62,455 nucleotides of DNA from Patescibacteria group bacterium (GTDB lineage Bacteria; Patescibacteriota; Microgenomatia; UBA1400; MFAQ01): positions 1 to 62,455 of the forward strand of contig CALRDV010000006.1 of NCBI GenBank assembly GCA_943355005.1, given 5' to 3'. Below the pieces are notes generated by a model. It was given only the letters and a program-made list of their open reading frames with translations. It made no database searches and was not told the origin of the DNA. Positions 56,122-62,455 of this stretch are shown piece by piece (within the stretch, counting starts at the first letter, position 1; each line of letters opens with the position of its first letter). The position numbers and the translations under genes were made by a program.

Positions 56122-56935
56122 GCGATTCAGAAGACGACTTAGAACTGTATTTGACAAGATAACGACTGTTCCTGAATTCAGGGGAGGGTTCACTTCCCAC
56201 GTTTTTACCGTATTTCTTTTTATTCTTTTTATCTTTTTAATCAACAATCTTTTTTCCATCAGAACTGTCATTTGCACTTTGGATAATCAGCCATGTCCAC
56301 CGGAGGTTATGGAAAGATTTGTGAAGTTTGAAGGCTCAAACGTCTTGTTACTAAACCAAAAACAGCTGGCTCAATCTCTAAAATCATCCTTTCCTATTCA
56401 GAAAGTCTCAATCGGTTTCAAAATCTTTAACAAGTTAAACTTGGAGCTCGAGGGTGGAAATCCTCCCATCAACGCTGCTGTCTTTCTGGTAAAAGATTTT
56501 CCCATTCTGTCAATAGACACTGCCCCCGGGTCATCTGAGTCGGCAGGTTGGCCAAAACCTTCTCTGGAACTTAGTAAATTTATCGAAGTTGCTAGCTCTA
56601 GTGCCTTTAGTCTTTGGGATACCGGGCTAATGACACCTATTGCTACGGACGAATCAAAAATTAAGTACATAATTTCCGAAAAGCCGAGCGATGAAACCGT
56701 CAAATCCATTTACAGTCTCGTAAAATTGGTCAATAAATATCTAGATATTCAATCAATTCAGATAATTGGTCAACGAGTTTTCTTGAGCCAATCGAATCAA
56801 CCTGATATTATTGTTAGTGTACCCTTCAATGAGGGTCAGGTTAGCGAGGCTATTAAGTCTTTCACCTATCTGACTTCTATCAAGAAGGATGCCAAAGTAA
56901 TTGATTTACGATTTAAAAACCCTATCATAAGATAA
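56078..56935 (+). CDS. ftsQ: FtsQ-like cell division protein
   Basis: Basic N-terminus, one TM (VFTVFLFILFIFLINNLF), POTRA-like region; position between murG and ftsA; 44-nt overlap makes the start uncertain. Confidence 0.55.
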   Translation: MLSTRLPPSSAKQSKRFRRRLRTVFDKITTVPEFRGGFTSHVFTVFLFILFIFLINNLFSIRTVICTLDNQPCPPEVMERFVKFEGSNVLLLNQKQLAQSLKSSFPIQKVSIGFKIFNKLNLELEGGNPPINAAVFLVKDFPILSIDTAPGSSESAGWPKPSLELSKFIEVASSSAFSLWDTGLMTPIATDESKIKYIISEKPSDETVKSIYSLVKLVNKYLDIQSIQIIGQRVFLSQSNQPDIIVSVPFNEGQVSEAIKSFTYLTSIKKDAKVIDLRFKNPIIR

Positions 56936-56936
56936 T

Positions 56937-58211
56937 ATGGCAAAAATTCAGGGTCTCAACGCAATTGATATAGGGTCGAGCAAAATAACTTGTTTGATCA
57001 CTGTACCTTCGCAAGACAGTTCCAAAATAAATGTTATTGGAGTTGCCACCGTCCCCAGTAAGGGAGTACGAAAGGGACAAATTGTAAATATCGAAGATTG
57101 TGTTGGTTCTATTACAGACTGTGTCGAATCCGCCGAGCGCATGGCCGGTATTGGCGTCGACTCTGCTTATGTTTCCATTTCCGGTGAACATATAGAATCT
57201 CAAAACTCTCATGGTTTGGTCGCCATCCGCGAAGCCGAAGAAGAAATTTCTGGCGAAGATGTCTTTAGGGTTATTGAAGCCGCCAGAGCCGTTTCTCTTC
57301 CCACCTCTCGTGAGATTATTCATGTATTACCAATAGAGTTCGTGGTGGACAGTCAGCGTGGGATTAAAGACCCTACAGGTATGTCCGGTGTTCGTTTGGA
57401 AACAGAAGCTCATTTGATTACAGGACTTTCTCCCGCCATCAAGAACGTTACTCGCTGTGTGAGTGAATTGGGTGTAAACGTTTCCGGATTGGTCTTTACA
57501 GGTCTGGCTTCTTCCGAGGCAGTTCTTTCCGACACAGATAAAGAGTTGGGTGTAATACTCATAGATATCGGTGGTGGCACCACTAGTGTTTGTATTTATC
57601 TGGAAGGGTCCTGTGTCTATTCTGCAGTCTTGCCGGTCGGTGCCAAGAAAATTACGGACGATGTCGCCATCGGTCTTCAAATAAGTGTCGATAGCGCAGA
57701 GAAAATAAAACATTTTGTTAGTCGCCCCAAACACGAGAGAGAAGAAGCCGATGAAAAACTCACGGATGAGATAGATTTACTCAAGCTTGGAATTAGTGAG
57801 GATGTCAAGAAAGTTTCTCGCAAAACAATTGTCGAGGGTATCATTCGTCCTCGTTTAAATGAAATATTTTCCATGGTCAACAGTGTGGTAAAGAAGTCCG
57901 GCTATGAAGGTCAGACTCCTGCCGGGGTAGTACTTACCGGTGGTGGCGCTATGACTGTAAACATCAATGAAAGCTGTCGAAGAGTTATGCAGCTCCCCGC
58001 GAAGATAGGTATTCCTACCGGACTTTCCGGCATGATAGAAGAAATCACCACCCCCATTTCATCTGCCGTCGTCGGATTAATTCTTTATGGTTACCGGAGA
58101 AAGGATGAAGCACCCACCGGAGGATTAAAACTATCTGGTATGATAAAGGGAATTCCCGGAAAACAAGCTCTCGGGAAGGCAATAGAATTTATAAAATCTT
58201 TCTTACCATAA
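56937..58211 (+). CDS. ftsA: Cell division protein FtsA
   Basis: Actin-fold motifs [33 protein letters not shown]; C-terminal amphipathic helix [11 protein letters not shown]. Confidence 0.92.
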   Translation: MAKIQGLNAIDIGSSKITCLITVPSQDSSKINVIGVATVPSKGVRKGQIVNIEDCVGSITDCVESAERMAGIGVDSAYVSISGEHIESQNSHGLVAIREAEEEISGEDVFRVIEAARAVSLPTSREIIHVLPIEFVVDSQRGIKDPTGMSGVRLETEAHLITGLSPAIKNVTRCVSELGVNVSGLVFTGLASSEAVLSDTDKELGVILIDIGGGTTSVCIYLEGSCVYSAVLPVGAKKITDDVAIGLQISVDSAEKIKHFVSRPKHEREEADEKLTDEIDLLKLGISEDVKKVSRKTIVEGIIRPRLNEIFSMVNSVVKKSGYEGQTPAGVVLTGGGAMTVNINESCRRVMQLPAKIGIPTGLSGMIEEITTPISSAVVGLILYGYRRKDEAPTGGLKLSGMIKGIPGKQALGKAIEFIKSFLP

Positions 58212-58212
58212 A

Positions 58213-59373
58213 GTGGGTCTAGTCAAACCGGATACAAACACATTCGCCAAGATAAAAGTTCTTGGAGTCGGGGGCGGTGGAAACAACGCCATAAATTCCA
58301 TGATAGCGTCGGGAAAAATAAAAGGAGTCGAATTTATTGCCGTCAATACGGACATGCAAGCCTTGCTCGCCAGTAATGCCGATATCAAATTACAAATAGG
58401 TGAAAAAGGTACCAAGGGTTTAGGGTCTGGCTCAAATCCGGAGGTTGGCCAAATGGCCGCCGAAGAATCCAGAGAAAAAATAAAAGAAGTTCTTGCCGGT
58501 GCCGATATGATTTTTATTACTGCCGGTGAAGGGGGAGGAACAGGTACCGGAGCTGCTCCCGTAATTGCCGAGATAGCCAAAAAAGAAGTTGGAGCTCTCA
58601 CTGTCGCTGTTGTTACCAAGCCATTCTTATTTGAAGGGGCTCGTCGTAGAGTTCAAGCCGAAGAGGGTATAGAAAAACTCAAAGAAAATGTTGACACTCT
58701 AATTATTATTCCAAATCAGCGCTTAATGGATGTAGTCAAGAAAGATCAAACTCTCCTGGATGCATTCAAGACTGCTGACTCTGTTCTGGGCCAAGGTGTC
58801 CAAAGTATTTCCGACCTTATTACCATCCCCGGTTTAGTCAATGTGGATTTCGCCGATGTAAAATCGGTAATGACGAATGCCGGCTCTGCCCTTATGGGTG
58901 TTGGTAGAGCGACTGGGGACAAGAGAGCCATTATCGCTGCGAATGCCGCCATCAGTTCGCCTCTATTAGAAGTAAGTATCGATGGCGCCAAAGGAATTCT
59001 CTTTAACATTGCCGGTGGCGAAGATCTTACCCTTACAGAAATCAATGACGCTTCTTCCATCATTACCCAATCCGCCGATCCGGATGCCAATATTATCTTT
59101 GGAACCACTATTAGAAAAGACCTTGGTTCGGATATCCAAGTCTCCGTCATCGCCGCCGGCTTCGATAGTGTCCGCCGGTTCAATCCAAATCCGATACCAA
59201 ATCCCTACTTCAAATCCTCCTCATCAGAAGATAAAATTCCGCTACCTGAGCCTATGACGGTTCGAGAAGAGCCACCCAAAACCGCTCCTGCAAGTAAGTA
59301 CAAACTCCAGCACGACGAGGTCAATATCGAAGACGATCTAGACATCCCCACCTTCCTCCGCAACAAATTTTAA
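58213..59373 (+). CDS. ftsZ: Cell division GTPase FtsZ
   Basis: [11 protein letters not shown], tubulin signature [25 protein letters not shown]-terminal peptide [10 protein letters not shown]; GTG start. Confidence 0.97.
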   Translation: MGLVKPDTNTFAKIKVLGVGGGGNNAINSMIASGKIKGVEFIAVNTDMQALLASNADIKLQIGEKGTKGLGSGSNPEVGQMAAEESREKIKEVLAGADMIFITAGEGGGTGTGAAPVIAEIAKKEVGALTVAVVTKPFLFEGARRRVQAEEGIEKLKENVDTLIIIPNQRLMDVVKKDQTLLDAFKTADSVLGQGVQSISDLITIPGLVNVDFADVKSVMTNAGSALMGVGRATGDKRAIIAANAAISSPLLEVSIDGAKGILFNIAGGEDLTLTEINDASSIITQSADPDANIIFGTTIRKDLGSDIQVSVIAAGFDSVRRFNPNPIPNPYFKSSSSEDKIPLPEPMTVREEPPKTAPASKYKLQHDEVNIEDDLDIPTFLRNKF

Positions 59374-59379
59374 AACATC

Positions 59380-59410
59380 GTCATTGCGAGGTACTCCGTG
59401 GCAATCCAGG
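59380..59410 (+). repeat. GTCATTGCGAG..TGGCAATCCAGG hairpin repeat
   Basis: gtcattgcgaggtactccgtggcaatccagg, 6 nt after the ftsZ stop. Confidence 0.85.
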
Positions 59411-59430
59411 CACGCATATATCCCATAGCC

Positions 59431-59459
59431 TTGCTTATCCCAGCCTAATGTGCTATTAT
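59431..59459 (+). promoter_or_regulatory. Candidate sigma70-type promoter for the 59545 lipoprotein gene
   Basis: TTGCTT (59431-59436), 17-bp spacer, TATTAT (59454-59459). Confidence 0.4.
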
Positions 59460-59544
59460 TGCCACAATATCGATCAAGTACGTTAAATATATCTGGCCCG
59501 CCCCTGGGACCAGTAAACCATCATCAATTGGCAAGGAGGCCAAA

Positions 59545-60006
59545 ATGAATAAGTTTTTTAATTTTGTTCTGGCAGCTTCATTGCTGCTGATCTTTGTTTC
59601 GGCATGTGCGCCTCAAACTGCAGCCGCACAGCCTGCAGACACCGCAACCGCAATCGCTGTGGCTGAGACTGCTACGATACTCGCATCTACACCGATCCCC
59701 GCCACTTGGTTGGGAGAGTTGCAGGCTCAGCTTGGACCGAACTATTCAGTTCAAAACGGTGTTCTATATTTCACGAAGCCATCCAATGCACAGCGCGTGG
59801 TGGTGATGGTTAAGTGGGATGAAAATACCGCGACTTTCAACGCGGGACCTGATGGTCTTGCCGGTCGGGAATCTGTTGAGTGGGCTGCAGTTAAAGACAT
59901 AACTGTTGTAGATGGGTTCATTGAGGCCATCGACAATCAAGGGGTAACCTTGAAGTTTGATGAATTGTCGGGCTTCTGGGGTTTTTTACCCGCATTGGAT
60001 TTATAA
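59545..60006 (+). CDS. Lipoprotein with conserved ~95-aa C-terminal domain (paralog of 60293-61222)
   Basis: AAGGAGG SD 5 nt upstream; signal peptide plus lipobox FVSAC; the C-terminal domain aligns by eye with the C-terminus of the next protein. Confidence 0.65.
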   Translation: MNKFFNFVLAASLLLIFVSACAPQTAAAQPADTATAIAVAETATILASTPIPATWLGELQAQLGPNYSVQNGVLYFTKPSNAQRVVVMVKWDENTATFNAGPDGLAGRESVEWAAVKDITVVDGFIEAIDNQGVTLKFDELSGFWGFLPALDL

Positions 60007-60019
60007 GCGAAATTCGAAT

Positions 60020-60050
60020 AAAACTCTCTCCCCTTAGGAGAGAGTTTTTT
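60020..60050 (+). terminator. Intrinsic terminator
   Basis: AACTCTCTCC-cctta-GGAGAGAGTT, a 10-bp perfect stem followed by TTTT; 14 nt after the stop at 60006. Confidence 0.8.
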
Positions 60051-60292
60051 GTGGTTAAGTGGTTAAAATAGGGTTTTCTATAGGAGGTGATATGATAAAT
60101 CTATATTGGTTAAGAAACTTGCCTGGACAAATAAGGTTAGTTTTGGTCGCCAGGTAGAAGGCGAGAGTGATTTTATCGGGAAATTTTTCAAGAAAGTTAG
60201 AGTTGGTTTATATAATTTGAGCTCAATTTGGGCATTATTTTTTGTATCTAGAAATTTAGTAATCAATAGAAAGCTATTCTAGAAACAAAAAA

Positions 60293-61222
60293 ATGAGCAA
60301 AGAAAATAATGGGCTTGAAAAAGAAAAGTGGTCTGGTTTTGAGAATTACGTGTCGCTCCTAATGATGGAGACAGAGGTGGAAGGCCTCGGTGAGCCGGTC
60401 GAAGAATTTAATAAATATTCGGAGAGTATTGAACCTTGGTTAAAATCATATGTGAAGGTTGATGTGGGTAACCTGCCAAAAACTTGCTTAAAAACAAGAA
60501 AAGGTAGTTTTATTGAAATTGATCCAGCTAATATTCAGATACAAAAAACTATTTCCGAAGAAGTTTCTCCTGAGACAGCTTTGTTTGAAATTGCACTTAT
60601 TACTGCAGAGATTAGAAAAATCAGAGAGATTGCTGAAGAAGTTTTTCCTGAACTGGAAAACGAGTTTGACGATACTCTCAAATCTCTTGAAGGTTCAAAA
60701 AATGAGATTCTTGATCCCAAATTGGAAGAAAAAAACGGGGTGATTTTGGTTTCTCTTCTAGATACGAGTTTTAAATTGCCCTCAATTTCAAGAAAACGTG
60801 CAATTACAGGAGCGGTACTATTGGGTTTACTTGTGGCTGGGTGCACCGTAGTTGCTATATCAACTCCGGAAATATCTCCAGCTATACCAACGGTCACTGC
60901 TATCGCCACAGAACAAGAAAAATCTTGGATGGAAAACATTCAAAATCAGCTTGGTGATAAATATTATTTGGAAAATGATGTGCTTTATTATCGAAGTGAG
61001 GGGAGCGGTGTATCTTCATTGGTATTCTTGAAATGGAATGATGATATAGCTACTTTTAATCTAGGACCTGATAGTCAGGCAGGTCGTGATTCGGTTGAGT
61101 GGGTTAATAAATTAGATATTTCTGTTGAAAATGGAATATTGGTTGCTGTTGATAACGTAAATAAGGTGGTTTTCTATGATGAAGAATCTGGGTTTTGGAG
61201 GTTGTCTCCAGGTAAACAATAA
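60293..61222 (+). CDS. Membrane-anchored protein: acidic N-terminal region + TM + same ~95-aa domain
   Basis: ~165-aa Glu-rich N-terminus, TM/lipobox-like LLGLLVAGCTVV, then WMENIQNQLGDKYYLENDVLYY..KWNDDIATFNLGPDSQAGRDSVEW..ESGFW. Confidence 0.6.
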   Translation: MSKENNGLEKEKWSGFENYVSLLMMETEVEGLGEPVEEFNKYSESIEPWLKSYVKVDVGNLPKTCLKTRKGSFIEIDPANIQIQKTISEEVSPETALFEIALITAEIRKIREIAEEVFPELENEFDDTLKSLEGSKNEILDPKLEEKNGVILVSLLDTSFKLPSISRKRAITGAVLLGLLVAGCTVVAISTPEISPAIPTVTAIATEQEKSWMENIQNQLGDKYYLENDVLYYRSEGSGVSSLVFLKWNDDIATFNLGPDSQAGRDSVEWVNKLDISVENGILVAVDNVNKVVFYDEESGFWRLSPGKQ

Positions 61223-61264
61223 ATAGCATTGATTGTAGTAAGGTGAAATGTAATACTTAATCAA

Positions 61265-61954
61265 GTGAATAAAATTCCATCTGTTTTTTACATATTGACT
61301 ACATTAATTGTATGTACAATTATATTTTTAACAATCTACTCAGGTAGGGGTAGGTTGGTAATTTATAACGATGAAAAAAGGTTTGCTTCGGGGTTGGGTA
61401 AAAAAATAGTTGAAGTTCCTGATATGTTCATGATTAAGCGTAATAACACTGAGGACGATTTACCAGATATTAAGATGGTGACTACTATAGACATAGAAAA
61501 ATATAATCTGAAGGAATATGCTAGAACTTTTATACCTGCTCATTCCACTGTGTCATATGTCGTTGGTTATTTTAAAGGCTGGGAAAATATTCCAGGACTA
61601 GATGATAAATATTTATCTATAGATGAGGGGAATGAGGTAATTGGTAAATATAGGCTCGTGCTGGAATCCAACAAATCACTAAACTGGCTGGAGACATCCT
61701 TTGGAGTAGAAGAAATGATAAATTTTAGTGAACAAGAAACTATTCCCCTAAAGCAATTTAAACCAAGATTGTATGGATGGAATTTTGAAAAAATTAAAAA
61801 AATTATTAAACTTGGAGATGTGGTTATTATTCGTCCTCAACGAGGAGAAAGTGGGAAAGCAGTTCTTGACAGGACTGGAGTAGTTTTATCTGAAACTATA
61901 GTATTAAGAAGGACTTTTGGTAGTATAGAATTAAACCTAGAAACTCTATTTTAA
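61265..61954 (+). CDS. Hypothetical N-terminally anchored protein
   Basis: GTG start, one N-terminal TM (VFYILTTLIVCTIIFLTIY), no recognisable domain. Confidence 0.5.
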   Translation: MNKIPSVFYILTTLIVCTIIFLTIYSGRGRLVIYNDEKRFASGLGKKIVEVPDMFMIKRNNTEDDLPDIKMVTTIDIEKYNLKEYARTFIPAHSTVSYVVGYFKGWENIPGLDDKYLSIDEGNEVIGKYRLVLESNKSLNWLETSFGVEEMINFSEQETIPLKQFKPRLYGWNFEKIKKIIKLGDVVIIRPQRGESGKAVLDRTGVVLSETIVLRRTFGSIELNLETLF

Positions 61955-61957
61955 ACA

Positions 61958-62455
61958 ATGATTAAGTCGGTAAAATTTATAATTCTCATTTTGGTTTTTT
62001 TATTATTTCTTTTTAGAAATACTCATACGGTACTTGCTGGACCTTGTTCAGACTCTGTTTGGGCTTGCGGCACCGGAGGATGTGGAGCAAGTCAAACACG
62101 CGTATGTACATGCACGTTTTGTGGTACTGGACAGGGTACTACTTGCCAAGCGTGCAATGGTTGTTGTGATTACTGTATGAGTTGGAGCTGTTCATGTCAA
62201 AACGACGCCTCTTGTAATGTCTGCACCCCCTCCTGTGGCGGTAACAATTGTGGTGGTGATGGTTGTGGAGGCAGTTGTGGCACCTGTGGCAGCGGAGTCT
62301 GTAATTCCGGCACTTGCTGTGTGAATACCGCTCCTGCTGCTCCTGTTCTTACTGCTCCAGCCGATGGTGCCGAGGTAAATCTAAATCAAGCTGTAGTTCT
62401 GGACTGGAATGCCACTACCTCCTGGGGAAATGCCTGTACCACTCCGGGTAACAGC
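61958..62455 (+). CDS. Secreted cysteine-rich protein (5' partial, continues past window end)
   Basis: Own translation, not in the ORF track because it has no stop: MIKSVKFIILILVFLLFLFRNTHTVLA signal peptide. Then 23 Cys in ~95 aa including CGGNNCGGDGCGGSCGTCGSGVCNSGTCC, then PAAPVLTAPADGAEV linker. Confidence 0.6.
   Translation, partial: MIKSVKFIILILVFLLFLFRNTHTVLAGPCSDSVWACGTGGCGASQTRVCTCTFCGTGQGTTCQACNGCCDYCMSWSCSCQNDASCNVCTPSCGGNNCGGDGCGGSCGTCGSGVCNSGTCCVNTAPAAPVLTAPADGAEVNLNQAVVLDWNATTSWGNACTTPGNS

Noticed and set aside
58203-59183. 138-aa and 145-aa minus-strand ORFs antisense to ftsZ, with similar antisense ORFs in ftsA (56925-57734) and in most GT genes
   Set aside because: They are antisense to confidently identified genes. 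These are long open frames typical of the complementary strand, and none has motifs, an SD or independent support.
59500-59544. Possible RBS-sequestering hairpin TTGGC-AAGGAG-GCCAA at the 59545 start
   Set aside because: It is only a 5-bp stem with the SD in the loop, so the SD is not sequestered. There is no evidence for a riboswitch or attenuator structure in the ~85-nt leader.
60078-60266. 62-aa minus-strand ORF in the 60007-60292 gap
   Set aside because: It has no SD, a low-complexity Lys/Leu/Thr composition, and it runs antisense across the terminator-proximal region. It is probably spurious.
1-62455. CRISPR array, tRNA/rRNA genes, transposases or integrases
   Set aside because: The only short repeats are the hairpin family, which is irregularly spaced, lacks uniform spacers and is mostly single-copy per site. 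No cloverleaf-like T-arm (GGTTCGAATCC-type) or rRNA-like segment was seen in the short intergenic regions. No transposase-like or integrase-like ORF is present.

Overview
Low-G+C, gene-dense bacterial window using the standard code (TGA works as a stop, with many ATGA start/stop overlaps). The gene content resembles a Patescibacteria/CPR-type genome; that is inference and was not searched. No rRNA, tRNA, CRISPR array or transposase was seen.

(1) Positions 24-47134 form one very large cell-envelope glycan locus.
- Glycosyltransferases: 7 GT2, about 7 GT-B (GT4-like), and about 8-9 large polytopic GT-C-like or Wzy-like membrane proteins.
- Nucleotide-sugar genes: UDP-xylose synthase, gmd-rmd (GDP-D-rhamnose), a mannose-1-P guanylyltransferase and two further SDR enzymes.
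- Other functions: two methyltransferases, one acetyltransferase, a Wzx-like flippase, a PglC/WbaP-type initiating phosphotransferase and a DUF4012 protein.
- Embedded oddities: a ferredoxin + B12-radical-SAM pair, a wHTH-ComF-like phosphoribosyltransferase, and a Bro-N + class II Fic pair separated by a 10-bp-phased CTAATAT array.

(2) Positions 47138-48971 hold a RecO-like gene and two lipoproteins.

(3) Positions 49148-59373 hold a compact dcw cluster, mraZ-rsmH-ftsL-ftsI-dgkA-mraY-ftsW-murG-ftsQ-ftsA-ftsZ. It has a recognisable promoter and MraZ-type direct repeats. It contains no mur ligases.

(4) Positions 59545 to the end form an accessory-looking block of secreted and membrane proteins. 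It includes two paralogs sharing an unnamed ~95-aa domain and a very cysteine-rich secreted protein that runs off the window.

A GTCATT-headed hairpin repeat family occurs at least 12 times. Most copies sit just after stop codons, but two are read in frame inside CDSs. All functional calls come from motif recognition by eye; no database search was possible.
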